Assembly (NCBI GenBank): GCA_050250895.1
Contig: JBFWNU010000001.1
Location: forward strand, 2,564,891-2,628,890
From: Vulcanimicrobiota bacterium
Lineage (GTDB): Bacteria; Vulcanimicrobiota; Xenobia; Xenobiales; JADMJV01
Direction: 5' to 3'
DNA length: 64,000 bases
Under the pieces are notes generated by a model. It did no database searches. It saw only the letters and a program-made list of their open reading frames with translations, and had not been told where the DNA came from. This document shows, in pieces, positions 46,954-57,329 of the stretch. The position numbers and the translations under genes were made by a program. Positions within the stretch are counted from its first letter, which is position 1. Each line of letters begins with the position of its first letter.

Positions 46954-47808
46954 TTAAGAGAAACTGTCGCTCTGGTTGAGTTCCTGGAGGGCGCTGGCCA
47001 GCGAAGCGTGCTGGCGCTCGATGGCTTTCATCGAGGTCTCGGCTTCGGGAAAATGCTGGCCCTTCTCGCGTCGCTTTTCGATGGTGCTACGAATCAGCTG
47101 CAGAGCGGCCCCGATCGAGCTGGCCCCCTCGGTGACCAGACCCTTGGTCCAGTCAAAAGCGAAGCGTCCGACCTCGAGGTGACCGATGGGCGAGAGAGCG
47201 TTTGGGTCGCGCGTGGCCGCCGCCATCTGCAGTTCGGGAGTCAAGAAATTGAGACCGCTCTTGTCCTGCAACTCGCTCGGGTCGACCAGGGTCGAAGCCT
47301 TGTGAATTCCCTGATTGAGGCGATTCATGCCGGTCATCAACGAGACCATCGGGCGCAGCATGCCGGCCAGGCTCGAGGCGGTGGTGAGCACGCCACGGAT
47401 GGCGGCCATCAGAGCGCCCTGGTCGGCCTGGCTGGCGATGGCTTTAGCCAGGTCTTTCATGGCCTTGCGGAAGTTGCGGAAATACTTGGCCACCTTCTTG
47501 TTGAGCTTGCGCATCAGGTGGATCAGGGTGTTCTTGCCTTTGGTGTTCCAGTGATAGGTGTCGTGCTGGCGGTCCAGGCGGTTCTGCAGATCGTGCTGTT
47601 TATCTTGATAGGCGCGGCGTTCGCCTTCGCTCGGCTCGGCCGTGGTGCGCAAAGCAAAATGCAAACGGTCGCTGGTGCGCAGGCGGGCCCAGCGCTCCCC
47701 CGGTCGCACAGGCCGGGAGTGGGGCGCAGCGGGCCGAAAGTCGGCCGTCTGGCACAGGGTCGGCAGGTGAGCCGCGAAGAGTCTTTCTTGAACCGCCAGG
47801 GCTTGCAT
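46954..47808 (-). CDS. hypothetical helical protein
   Basis: 284-aa ORF with AAGGA RBS. Confidence 0.6.
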   Translation of the reverse strand: MQALAVQERLFAAHLPTLCQTADFRPAAPHSRPVRPGERWARLRTSDRLHFALRTTAEPSEGERRAYQDKQHDLQNRLDRQHDTYHWNTKGKNTLIHLMRKLNKKVAKYFRNFRKAMKDLAKAIASQADQGALMAAIRGVLTTASSLAGMLRPMVSLMTGMNRLNQGIHKASTLVDPSELQDKSGLNFLTPELQMAAATRDPNALSPIGHLEVGRFAFDWTKGLVTEGASSIGAALQLIRSTIEKRREKGQHFPEAETSMKAIERQHASLASALQELNQSDSFS

Positions 47809-47900
47809 GCTTATCCTTCACGGCCGTCCTTCGGAGGGTCAACCCGAGCAACAAAGGTTTAACATTGACAACATTTTGGATCCTGTCTAATATTGGTGTC

Positions 47901-48473
47901 ATGACAAGCCATTACCTGGTGGTGGATCTCGAGGCCACCTGTTGTGACCAGCGTTCTATCCCCCGCAGTCAGACCGAGATCATCGAGATTGGGGCGGTCA
48001 TGGTCAAGACCGGCAGCTGGAAAGCCCTCGACGAGTTTCAAGCATTTGTCAAGCCGAAGCTTCATCCCCGGCTCACCGACTTCTGCCTCGAATTGACCGG
48101 CATCACCCAGGCTCAGGTGGATGGGGGTCGACCTTTTTCCGAGGTTTTGCAAGCCCTGGTCGAGTGGGCCGAGGGCTTTCCCGACTATCTGTTTTGCTCG
48201 TGGGGCAACTACGACAAGCATCAGTTCGATCAGGACTGCACCCAGCATGGGCTGGCCATGCCGTTTGCCAACCATTGCAATCTCAAAGGCGCGTTTGCGG
48301 CCCAGCGAGGGCTGCGGCGCGGCGTGGGCATGAAGGGTGCCCTGGGCATGTGCGGCCTCGAGCTAAAAGGGCAACATCATCGGGGTATCGACGACGCGCG
48401 CAACATCGCTCGTCTGGTGCCCTATGCCCTGGGGCTTACTGACCCATGCGCTGGTTCAGCAGCTGGCCCATGA
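47901..48473 (+). CDS. DEDDh 3'-5' exonuclease (ERI-1/KapD-like)
   Basis: VVDLEATC, EIIEIGAV, SWGNYD, HRGIDDA. Confidence 0.92.
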   Translation: MTSHYLVVDLEATCCDQRSIPRSQTEIIEIGAVMVKTGSWKALDEFQAFVKPKLHPRLTDFCLELTGITQAQVDGGRPFSEVLQALVEWAEGFPDYLFCSWGNYDKHQFDQDCTQHGLAMPFANHCNLKGAFAAQRGLRRGVGMKGALGMCGLELKGQHHRGIDDARNIARLVPYALGLTDPCAGSAAGP

Positions 48474-49569
48474 TATAGGGCGAGGGCTTGATGAAGGTGT
48501 CCTTGTTCTTGACGAACGCCTGGGGCGGCAGCTGGTCGCTCTGGGTGCCGATGCCGTCCATCTTCTTGACGGCCGTGCCCAGCGCCATGAACTCGATGAT
48601 GCCGCCGCCCAGCTGCGAGATGTAGGTCTTGATACCGACCACGTCATCGGCCCCGCAGGCATCGGCCTCTTTGGCCAAACGGACGATGGCGTTCTCGCGG
48701 GCGTCGTAAATGAGGGTGGTGAGCTGATCGATCTCGCCCCGCTTGAACGACTGAAAGAAGCTGCTCACGCCGCCCACCAGGCCCAGCGAATAAACCGACA
48801 CGCCCAGCACCAGACGCAGCGGCATGTAGCCGGCTTTGATGATGTTCCACATCTCTTGATTGGTCAGATCGCTGGTGATGGGCTCGTTGTCGTACTGCTC
48901 GGGCAAGGCCGGGTGGCGCGAGGCGGTGCCGATCATGACCATCTCTTGCATGCCCATCAAAGGCAACAGGGTGGTCTGGATGCCAACCACGGCGTTGGCG
49001 CCGGCCGACTTGGCCTCGGCGGTAATGCGCTCGAGGGCCAGATGTCGGGTTTGATTGAAGACATCGGAGTATTCCTTGACTTCGCCGCGACCGAGGCTTC
49101 GCACCAGACCGCCGATGCCACCGCCGATGCCGATCGAGTAGGCCACGTTGCCGAAGGCGAACTTGATCGGCTCAAAGCCGGCGTCCATCTGGCAGAACAG
49201 CTCTTGACCGTCGGCCGAGCTCGAGAAGTGCAAGTTGTCGTCGCCTTGGCGACGTACGCAAGAACCCACCGACAAGAACTCGATATTGCCGCCGTGCCAG
49301 ACCAGTTCGTTGGTCACGCCGGTCACGCCCACGCCGCCGCGCTGGCGGGCTTCGGTGACCAGTCGCTCGTAGGCGCGCTGGCGGCCGTCGTGAATGACAT
49401 CGGTGACCTGGGTGACCTCGCCCCCCACCAGAGTGCGGACCGAGGCGGTGATGCCACCGATAAAGCCCATCGAATACACACTATTGCCGATGACCAGATC
49501 GCCAGGCGTCAGCCCCACCCGGTCAAGGCAATAGATCTCGTTGCCAGATAACCCCGTTACAATAGACAT
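48436..49569 (-). CDS. protein with three YbjQ/UPF0145 heavy-metal-binding-like domains
   Basis: Three repeats of GE-x4-5-(T/S)...R-x-x-A-x-x-R...EA...GA-x-x-VVG. Confidence 0.85.
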   Translation of the reverse strand: MSIVTGLSGNEIYCLDRVGLTPGDLVIGNSVYSMGFIGGITASVRTLVGGEVTQVTDVIHDGRQRAYERLVTEARQRGGVGVTGVTNELVWHGGNIEFLSVGSCVRRQGDDNLHFSSSADGQELFCQMDAGFEPIKFAFGNVAYSIGIGGGIGGLVRSLGRGEVKEYSDVFNQTRHLALERITAEAKSAGANAVVGIQTTLLPLMGMQEMVMIGTASRHPALPEQYDNEPITSDLTNQEMWNIIKAGYMPLRLVLGVSVYSLGLVGGVSSFFQSFKRGEIDQLTTLIYDARENAIVRLAKEADACGADDVVGIKTYISQLGGGIIEFMALGTAVKKMDGIGTQSDQLPPQAFVKNKDTFIKPSPYIMGQLLNQRMGQ

Positions 49570-49580
49570 TGAGCGGACTT

Positions 49581-50603
49581 CTATAACCCCGGCCCGGCAC
49601 CTGCGCCAACCGAAATGACAACCTTGCCGAAATGGGCTCCCGAGGCCAGATGAGCGAAGGCCCGGGGAGCCTCTTCAAAGGGGAAGACTCGGTCGATGAC
49701 AGGCTGCAGCCGGGCCTGGGTGATGGCCCGGTTCATCGACTCGAAGCCGCTCTTGCTGCCCACCAGGATGCCCTGAACGCGCACGTTCTTCATCAGGATG
49801 GGCAGCACGTTGAGCGGTTGCTGCACGCCGTCGAGCACTCCGATCAGACTGACCTGTCCGCCTACTCGAACGGCCGCCAGCGACTCTGATAGCGTGCCGG
49901 CCCCACCCACCTCGACCACCAGGTCCACGCCGCCGGTCAGGTCGCGCACCAGCTTGCCCCAGGCCGGTTGCCGTTTGTAGTTGATGGTGTGATCGGCTCC
50001 CATTTGACGCACTCGCTCGAGCTTGTCGTCAGAGGACGAGGTGACCACCGTGCGCAGGCCCAGCATCTTGGCGAACTGCAGCCCGAAAATCGAGACCCCA
50101 CCCGTGCCCAACAGCAAGACCCAGTCCCCTGGCTGCAGTCGAGCTTGAGTGAACATAGCGCTCCAGGCCGTCAGGGCCGCGCAGGGCAGGCAGGCGGCTT
50201 CTTCATCACTCAAGTGGGCAGGCACCTCGAGCACGCCCGCGGCCGGAAGCACCACGGCCTGAGCCAGAGTACCGTCGATAGGGCCCCCGAGCGTGGCCCG
50301 CACGTTCTCTTGACGCGGTGGTCCGGCCATCCATTCCTGGCAGAACAGCGGGCAAACCCGGGTGCCTACGGCCAGCGCGACCCCTTCGCCGACAGCTTCG
50401 ATGACCCCCACGCCGTCCGAGCAAGGAATCAGTGGCAGCGGCTGGCGGGGATTGTAGTGGCCTTTGACCATCAGCAGGTCGCGATAGTTGAGCGACACCG
50501 CTCGCATGCCCAGGCGCACCTGGCCGGGGCCGGGTCGTCCGGGGTCGACCGTCTCGGCGGCCAGCTGGTCGAGGCCGAACGAGTGAATACGAAACGCTTG
50601 CAT
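49581..50603 (-). CDS. NAD(P)-dependent MDR-family (zinc-type ADH-like) oxidoreductase
   Basis: SLNYRD, PCSDGVG, LPCAALTAW, GTGGVS, HFGKVVI. Confidence 0.92.
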   Translation of the reverse strand: MQAFRIHSFGLDQLAAETVDPGRPGPGQVRLGMRAVSLNYRDLLMVKGHYNPRQPLPLIPCSDGVGVIEAVGEGVALAVGTRVCPLFCQEWMAGPPRQENVRATLGGPIDGTLAQAVVLPAAGVLEVPAHLSDEEAACLPCAALTAWSAMFTQARLQPGDWVLLLGTGGVSIFGLQFAKMLGLRTVVTSSSDDKLERVRQMGADHTINYKRQPAWGKLVRDLTGGVDLVVEVGGAGTLSESLAAVRVGGQVSLIGVLDGVQQPLNVLPILMKNVRVQGILVGSKSGFESMNRAITQARLQPVIDRVFPFEEAPRAFAHLASGAHFGKVVISVGAGAGPGL

Positions 50604-50658
50604 GGGCGGCCATTCGACGGCCCAGGGGGAACCCCTCGACTAGCGAAACTGGCTTCTT

Positions 50659-52620
50659 ATGCGGCGTCTGTGGTTGGTTGGCTTGTTGGTCGCCCTCTCG
50701 TTGGTAGGGGGCGAGAGCCAGGGTCGCAATCGCCTTTCCACGGCCGCCAGCCCCTATCTGCGCCAGCATGCCGACAACCCGGTCGAGTGGTATCCCTGGG
50801 GCGAAGAGGCCTTCGCCGCTGCCCGCGCCCAGAACAAGCCCATCTTTTTATCCATCGGCTACTCGACTTGCCACTGGTGCCACGTCATGGAGCGCGAGAG
50901 CTTCATGGACCAAGACCTGGCCGCCATCCTCAACCGAGACTTTATCGCCATCAAGGTCGACCGCGAAGAGCGGCCCGATGTCGACCGGGTCTACATGCAG
51001 TTTCTACTCTCGCTGCAAGATTCGGGCGGCTGGCCCATGAGTGTCTTTCTTACCCCTGAGCTCGAGCCGTTCTTCGGGGGCACCTACTTTCCGCCCCACG
51101 CTCGCGACGGCATGCCCGGTTTTGACGAGGTGCTGACTCGCGTGCACCAGCTCTGGACCGACCAACCCGAGCGGGTGAAGGCGGCCGCCGCCGAAAGGAT
51201 GCAAGAACTGCAAGACCAGGCGCGTGCCTTGCCCGGGCCCGAGCCGCGCCAGGAGTGGTCCAACCGGGCCCAACGAGCCCTACTCGCCAGCTATGACGAG
51301 GAGTTCGGCGGCTTTGGTCTGGCTCCCAAGTTTCCGCGCCCGGTCAATTTGACTTTTCTGCTGCAGAGAGGTCAATCCGCGCCGGTGGTGGCCACGCTCA
51401 AGGCCATGGCCCGCGGAGGCATTCACGACCAGCTCGAGGGCGGTTTTCACCGCTACTCGACCGACCGCTTCTGGCGTGTGCCTCACTTCGAGAAGATGCT
51501 CTACGACCAGGCGCTGCTGGCCGAGGTCTACAGTCAGGCCTACGCTCTGACCAACGATCCAGAGCTGGGAACCCTCGCCGCCGATATCCTCGACTATTGC
51601 CTGGCCCGTCTCCGTTCGCCCGAGGGCGCCTTCTACTGCGCCGAGGATGCCGACGAAGATTTCTATCGCTGGACCCCCGAGCAAGTCGGCGAGCTGCTCG
51701 CCCCAGCCATGGCCGAGGGCATCGTCCACGACGGGGTAGTCACCGCCGCGGGCCCCTATCCCGAGGCTCGCGCCAGGCTGCTCCAAGCTCGCAATCAGCG
51801 CCCCCGGCCGGCAGTCGACACCAAGGTGCTGGCCAGCTGGAACGGTCTTATGATTGCGGCTCTGGCCCAGGCCGGTCGCTATCTCGAGCGACCCGACTAC
51901 CTGGCCGCCGCCGAGGATTGTCTGGCCGCCTTGCTCCAGACCCTTTACGGGCAGGGTGAGCTACTGCACCAGGTGGGGGTCCCGGCCTTTTGTGAGGACT
52001 ATGCCGACTTGATCCACGGGTTGCTAGAGCTGCACCAGGCCACCCAGAAGGCCGACTACCTGCGCTTGGCCTTCGAGCTGCAGGCTCGCCAGGACGAGCT
52101 TTTCTGGGACGCCGAAGAGGGCGGCTATTTCGAGACGCGGGCCGACCAGAAGCACTTGTTGGTGCGCACCAAAGACCGCTTCGACGCGGCCACCTGGACG
52201 GCCAACTCGCGCTCGGCCCACAATCTGGTGCGGCTGGCCCAACTGGCCGACGACCCTGTCTTCGCCCGCCGGGCAGACCAGCTGGTGGCCGCCTTCGCGG
52301 GAGTCATCGAACGCGATCCCACCGCCCTGCCGGGATTACTGACCGCCTTCGACCTGAGTCGCTCGCCTCACCAACAGGTGGTGGTGGCCGGACCCGAGGC
52401 CGGCCCGATGCTCCACGAGGCCCTGGCCGGTTATGCTCCCAACCGCACCGTGCTGTGGGCTGACGACGGCCCCAATCAACGCCTCCTCGAGCAACGCCTG
52501 GATTTCTTGAAGTCGGTCCGGCCCCAACAGCCCACGGCGTATCTATGCACCGATTTCGTGTGCGGGCCGCCCATCGAGAGCCTGGACCAGTTGAAGGCTA
52601 CTCTTCGTCGAGCCCCTTGA
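50659..52620 (+). CDS. thioredoxin-domain protein, YyaL/SSP411 family
   Basis: [40 protein letters not shown]; N-terminal signal peptide. Confidence 0.93.
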   Translation: MRRLWLVGLLVALSLVGGESQGRNRLSTAASPYLRQHADNPVEWYPWGEEAFAAARAQNKPIFLSIGYSTCHWCHVMERESFMDQDLAAILNRDFIAIKVDREERPDVDRVYMQFLLSLQDSGGWPMSVFLTPELEPFFGGTYFPPHARDGMPGFDEVLTRVHQLWTDQPERVKAAAAERMQELQDQARALPGPEPRQEWSNRAQRALLASYDEEFGGFGLAPKFPRPVNLTFLLQRGQSAPVVATLKAMARGGIHDQLEGGFHRYSTDRFWRVPHFEKMLYDQALLAEVYSQAYALTNDPELGTLAADILDYCLARLRSPEGAFYCAEDADEDFYRWTPEQVGELLAPAMAEGIVHDGVVTAAGPYPEARARLLQARNQRPRPAVDTKVLASWNGLMIAALAQAGRYLERPDYLAAAEDCLAALLQTLYGQGELLHQVGVPAFCEDYADLIHGLLELHQATQKADYLRLAFELQARQDELFWDAEEGGYFETRADQKHLLVRTKDRFDAATWTANSRSAHNLVRLAQLADDPVFARRADQLVAAFAGVIERDPTALPGLLTAFDLSRSPHQQVVVAGPEAGPMLHEALAGYAPNRTVLWADDGPNQRLLEQRLDFLKSVRPQQPTAYLCTDFVCGPPIESLDQLKATLRRAP

Positions 52621-53356
52621 TGCCCTCGAGTTGCGACTTCTTCTTGAAGTCGTCGTCTTTTTTGCCGTTCGAGTCCATATCGATGTCCATGTCGAAGTCG
52701 GCGTCCATCTCCTTGTCGAGCTGATCAAAGGTCTTCTCGACCTCCATCCGGTCGTCTTCTTTCGGTTTGGGGATCAGGGGAGGAACGCTCTTGACACCCT
52801 CGAGGGGGGGGTCGAGCTTGGGAGTCTCGGCTGGGGCCGGCGGGGGTGGCGCAGGCTGTTCGACCACCGGCGCGGGCGGGGGTGCCGGCTTGGGCGGCGG
52901 CGGGGGAGCCGGCTGGGGCTCGGGGGTCGGCTGAGGCGGGGGCGAGGCGACCGGAGTCGGGGTCGCGACGGGCGTGGCGGCGACAGCGGGCGTCTCTATC
53001 GGCGTCGGGGTCACCGCGGGCGTGGCCGCCTCGACGGGAGTGGCCGCTTCGCCCGGGGTCGAGGCCTCGGCCGGAGTGGCCGCCTCGGCGGGCGGTGCGC
53101 CGCTCGGAGCGACCGTCGGCGCGGCCGGCGTTTCGCCGGGGTAAAGCTTGTCGAAGGCCTCCTGCATTTCTGGGCTGGGGCCCTTGGATTCGCTCTTGGT
53201 GCAGCCTGTCAGCAGACAGAACGCCACCAGAATCAGGCTAAGAGCGACCCTCGAGAGCTTGCATAGCCGCCTGTTGAGCGTTGAGGTTGAGCACGATCTC
53301 TTGGACGCGAGCATCGAATCTCTCCTTTTCGGCCTGGGCACTGGCTTCTTTCTCAA
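52598..53356 (-). CDS. Pro/Ala/Thr-rich lipoprotein (true start probably near 53250)
   Basis: Lipobox LTGC followed by EAATP repeats and poly-Pro. Confidence 0.65.
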   Translation of the reverse strand: MRKKPVPRPKRRDSMLASKRSCSTSTLNRRLCKLSRVALSLILVAFCLLTGCTKSESKGPSPEMQEAFDKLYPGETPAAPTVAPSGAPPAEAATPAEASTPGEAATPVEAATPAVTPTPIETPAVAATPVATPTPVASPPPQPTPEPQPAPPPPPKPAPPPAPVVEQPAPPPPAPAETPKLDPPLEGVKSVPPLIPKPKEDDRMEVEKTFDQLDKEMDADFDMDIDMDSNGKKDDDFKKKSQLEGIKGLDEE

Positions 53357-54911
53357 ACCGTTTGTAGCCCTCCATCAGTTCGCAAAGACGGGCCTTGGTC
53401 ATGGGCTTGGCCAGGTCCCGCAGAATCTTCTTCCGTTCGTCGAAACCGACGCGATAGTATTCCTCGGGCGGCTCGACGTCTTGAATCTCGACCAGGATCT
53501 TCTGGCAGATGCTGTCGACATTGCGGCCCGAGAACTCATATTCGATGCAGAGCTTGCCGATTTCGAACCAATCCTCATCGGTGAGTTGCAACAACTCGGC
53601 GAATTCCTTGAGCTTCTTCTCGCGCATCAACTCGACGAAATCCTCGGGAGTGACCGGACCCAGAATCTTGTAAGGGTCCTGGGTGATCCGGCTGAGCGTG
53701 GCCTCGTCCATGTTCATGTAGTTAGCATCGCAGATCAAGAACCACTTGCCGTTCTTGGGAATCAGGGTGCCGTCGAAGATGCCGAAGCTGGCCCCCAGGA
53801 TGTTGGATTCCTCCGAGCGCATCCCCGGGTCCGAGCGAGCGGCGAAGGCCGTGTCGATGTCGGGCCAATAGACGCCCACCACCCCGTGAAAGCCCTGGAC
53901 TTGCTCTTTGAAGATGTTGACCAGTTGATTGGCCGAGGCGTTCTGAAAGGACGAAGCCCAGTCGGTGCGGCGAATGACCAGAAAACGGGCGGCCACGCCG
54001 CGCTCGCGGCAGTAATCGAGAAAGAAGTTGCCGATGGCGTGGGCGGTGATGGTCTTACCACAACCCGGGCTGCCCTGCCCGAACAAGACGGGATTGATCT
54101 TCTTCGGGTTCTGCCCCCGCTCGAAGTCAAAACCGGCCACATCCCGGGCCAGCCGCAAGCCGGCGGCGATGTACTCCTTATTGCCCACGATGTCATCGGG
54201 GGCGATGGGCAAGAGCTCGCCGGGCTCTTCGTCTTCGGCCGGAGCGGCCAGATACTCGAAACCGCGATAGTGGCGACCGCAGACATCCACCTGCATCTGC
54301 TCGAGGGCCCGGCAGTGGCGCTCGAAGCGGGCGTCGGTTCCGATCTGTTTGACCCCGTTGGCCAGCAGACTGAAAAAGGCGAAGGTGCAGGCCGCCATTT
54401 GCTCAGGCTCCTTGACCCGGCGCTCTTTGTCGGGATGATTGCGGTGATGGTCGTAGAAGGCGCTGATTTCACCCACCAACACCTGAATCAGTTGGCGCGG
54501 CATCATCTCTTCGATCTGCTGCACCCAGGCCTGGGTAAAGGCCCCCTTCACGTCGGGGATCTCGGTGGCAAAAGTGCGGGCGCGGGCGGCCGCGGTCTCG
54601 CTGGCTACATAGGCGGCGAACAGGTTGCAGAAAGCGTCGTCGATGGGCTCGGTCTTCGACGAGAAGGCGAACCCAGCTGCCTGCCGATCGGCCACGATCT
54701 TGTGGCTGACGGCTTTGGCCACCTCCAGCATCTGAGCCCCGGCATGCTCGATGATGTCGAGCAGACTCAGGTGAATCGGGTGAAGCCCGTAGGGGCCCGG
54801 ACAGTTGGCTTGCATCAACTGATGCAGACTCTGCATCTTGATGGTCGAGCGAACGATGGGGATCTCTTGCTCTAGGTCGGCTTCGACGACAATGATCTGG
54901 CGCTTTTGCAT
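53238..54911 (-). CDS. AAA+ ATPase with an atypical Walker B
   Basis: DDIVGN, Walker A GSPGCGKT, VYWPDID in place of hhhhDE, FSGRNV. Confidence 0.85.
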   Translation of the reverse strand: MQKRQIIVVEADLEQEIPIVRSTIKMQSLHQLMQANCPGPYGLHPIHLSLLDIIEHAGAQMLEVAKAVSHKIVADRQAAGFAFSSKTEPIDDAFCNLFAAYVASETAAARARTFATEIPDVKGAFTQAWVQQIEEMMPRQLIQVLVGEISAFYDHHRNHPDKERRVKEPEQMAACTFAFFSLLANGVKQIGTDARFERHCRALEQMQVDVCGRHYRGFEYLAAPAEDEEPGELLPIAPDDIVGNKEYIAAGLRLARDVAGFDFERGQNPKKINPVLFGQGSPGCGKTITAHAIGNFFLDYCRERGVAARFLVIRRTDWASSFQNASANQLVNIFKEQVQGFHGVVGVYWPDIDTAFAARSDPGMRSEESNILGASFGIFDGTLIPKNGKWFLICDANYMNMDEATLSRITQDPYKILGPVTPEDFVELMREKKLKEFAELLQLTDEDWFEIGKLCIEYEFSGRNVDSICQKILVEIQDVEPPEEYYRVGFDERKKILRDLAKPMTKARLCELMEGYKRFEKEASAQAEKERFDARVQEIVLNLNAQQAAMQALEGRS

Positions 54912-55015
54912 GGTAGGTTGTCCCAAGTTTTGCCAGCCCTGGCTAGTTTCCTTCGCCCAGGCCAGGGCGTCTCCAAGCAGGTCAGCTCACGGCTCTCTAC
55001 GAATTACTCGATCCC

Positions 55016-56230
55016 ATGATTGACACCAGGCTGACTCCCACTCTCGTGACTGCCGCTCGTCCGGCAACTCATCCCCCCGTGGCCAATAAAGCGCCCTCCC
55101 CGGTCTCGAGCGAGCCGAACGATGGCTATGCAGGTTCTGCGGTCACGGGCCAGCCTGATCCGGCGACCCCCACGCCGAGAGCGTCCGAGGCTGAGCCGAC
55201 AGCCACAGTTCAAGCCCCGTCGGGTCCGGTGCCGGTCGACCGAAAGGTTCCCATGTTGCTTGAGCCGGTAGCCCACTCCCTGGGGCGACACTGGGATTTC
55301 CTCTACTCCCGGGTCGACCCCGCCCGCCCCACCCCCGACCCTAACAAGGTTTGGTGCGATCGTCAGAGAGCGGCAACCGCCACCGGCGTAGCCCGGGCCC
55401 TGGCTCAACTGCAGGCCCAGGGCCACCAGCAGGGCACCGGCAAGGTGGCTGTCCTGGGCGGTGGTTACGAGGTTGATCTCAAGCCTCTGCTGGAACAGTT
55501 TGCCGAGGTCCATGTGGTGGACCTGACCGACAAGCCCTTCCCCGTCGTCGAGCGACAGAACGCCGACGACCCGAACCTGAGCAAGCTTCGTTTTGTCCAG
55601 ACCGATCTGTCCGGCGTCGACCCGCTCGTGCAAGGATTCGAGATCGAGCGTCTCCGCGGCCAAAGAGACCAGGGTCGAGAACTCGATCTGGAAGGAATCA
55701 AGAGTTATATGGGCGGGCTGGGCGAAATGTCCCCCTCGGCCCTGGAGAGTGGGGCCTACAAAATGGTGGTGGCCCCGGTGTTGACCGAGAGCATGCCATA
55801 CGGGCCTTTGTTGACCGATGTCGAGGCGCGACGCGACCAGTCCATTGCGGCGGCTGGTGTCGACGATAGTCAAGACCGCCGTTCGACCTGGAAGCATGTG
55901 AGTTCGTATCTGCCAGACTCTTTCTATTTCGACCCTCAGGTGCGCCAGGGCTTCGATCGGTTATTCTTGCACCAGTCCCAGGAACTCCATCGCCTGCTCG
56001 AACCCGGTGGTGTGGGCGTGACTTCTTTTTGGACTCGTCCCGACGAGCGCCAGGCCGAGCACGCGCCTGGCGAAGAAAATCTATCCCGATTGGGCGACAA
56101 CACGGTGACCGCGGCTACAGTCGAGGCTTTTTTCTCGCCTTTCCAGCACGAGCAGGTTGGCGAAGCCAAGATCTACGGACCCGAGAACAAGCCGACCGTT
56201 CGCGTCTATACCCTGGCCAAGCCTACCTGA
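55016..56230 (+). CDS. hypothetical protein with a class I SAM-methyltransferase-like fold
   Basis: KVAVLGGG...EVHVVDL...QTDLSG...LLEPGG. Confidence 0.6.
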   Translation: MIDTRLTPTLVTAARPATHPPVANKAPSPVSSEPNDGYAGSAVTGQPDPATPTPRASEAEPTATVQAPSGPVPVDRKVPMLLEPVAHSLGRHWDFLYSRVDPARPTPDPNKVWCDRQRAATATGVARALAQLQAQGHQQGTGKVAVLGGGYEVDLKPLLEQFAEVHVVDLTDKPFPVVERQNADDPNLSKLRFVQTDLSGVDPLVQGFEIERLRGQRDQGRELDLEGIKSYMGGLGEMSPSALESGAYKMVVAPVLTESMPYGPLLTDVEARRDQSIAAAGVDDSQDRRSTWKHVSSYLPDSFYFDPQVRQGFDRLFLHQSQELHRLLEPGGVGVTSFWTRPDERQAEHAPGEENLSRLGDNTVTAATVEAFFSPFQHEQVGEAKIYGPENKPTVRVYTLAKPT

Positions 56231-57320
56231 TCGGATAGATGACACACGGTTTGCCGGTGCCTTTGAGCAACTCGTTGAGGGGCTTGAGGATACCGGGGGT
56301 GCAGCTGAATTTGCGCTCTTTGTGGACCACATAGCCCAGCTTCCTGGCCCGGGCGTCGGCCAGGGCCTTCGAGTCGGCATCGAGCGACTCGCGATAGAAT
56401 CGCCCGAAAGGGTCGCGATTGGTGTCGGGTTTGTCTTCCTTGTCGGGCAGGGCCACGCGTTCCTGGGGAAAGTTGAGGATCAGATTGCCGGGGTGAGCGT
56501 GCATCAGGTCCTGGATGACAGCCGGCATGCGCACGCCTTCCATCCACAGAGGGCCGATGCGACCGCGCACCACCTCTTCGACCGTAATGCCCTCGACGTT
56601 CGAAAGTAGAATGAAGGCAAACTCGGCCTCGTCGGAAGAGTAGCGCGAGATGACGTTGCGAAAGCCTTCGGTGTACTGCAGGTCGTCGCCCTTGAGTTCG
56701 ACTTTGGGACGGCTCCACCGTTGGTGCTGGTGGGATAGGTGAATGGTGTACTGGGTGAAGACACCCTCGCCCGGGTCGTACCGTTCGAATAGCGCCACGA
56801 ATTGAGCTGTCTTGCGGTCGTCGACCACCCGTTTGAGCTTGAGTTCGAGATTGTAGCGCTTGGGCACCGAGCGCTCGTTGACCTCGCGATAGTATTGAAC
56901 CCTCTTGAACAGCCGAACCGAGGCGTCGTCGGTGCGACCCTTGAGTTCTTCGAAGTCGTGCTTCGAGAGAAAGCGCGAGGCGATCTCTTTGTCGGCGATG
57001 ACGCGCCCGATCTCGGGCTCGTCGGGCAAACCCATGCGAAGATTGAGTCGCAGCGAATCTTGCAACCCCCGATTGGCATCGGGAGTCATCAGGTAATAGA
57101 GATTCTCCACCGACCGGCCGTCGGGAAAGAACTTGTTGGGCTTGCCCGCCCGGACCAGCTTTTGCAGCAGATCGAGATACACCTGAGCTGGTTCTCGGTC
57201 GAGAACTCGGACCGGGTCCCGTTCCACTGACGGGGTGGACGCAGTCGCCTGCTCGGAGGGGCGCTTTCGCTCTGGCTCTTCGTAGTCCGGGAGCTTCGGG
57301 GTGTTTCCAAAGAAGGCCAT
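56223..57320 (-). CDS. hypothetical protein (365 aa)
   Basis: Long ORF with typical codon bias, 9 bp downstream of the coiled-coil gene. Confidence 0.8.
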   Translation of the reverse strand: MAFFGNTPKLPDYEEPERKRPSEQATASTPSVERDPVRVLDREPAQVYLDLLQKLVRAGKPNKFFPDGRSVENLYYLMTPDANRGLQDSLRLNLRMGLPDEPEIGRVIADKEIASRFLSKHDFEELKGRTDDASVRLFKRVQYYREVNERSVPKRYNLELKLKRVVDDRKTAQFVALFERYDPGEGVFTQYTIHLSHQHQRWSRPKVELKGDDLQYTEGFRNVISRYSSDEAEFAFILLSNVEGITVEEVVRGRIGPLWMEGVRMPAVIQDLMHAHPGNLILNFPQERVALPDKEDKPDTNRDPFGRFYRESLDADSKALADARARKLGYVVHKERKFSCTPGILKPLNELLKGTGKPCVIYPIR

Positions 57321-57329
57321 AGGCCGTGG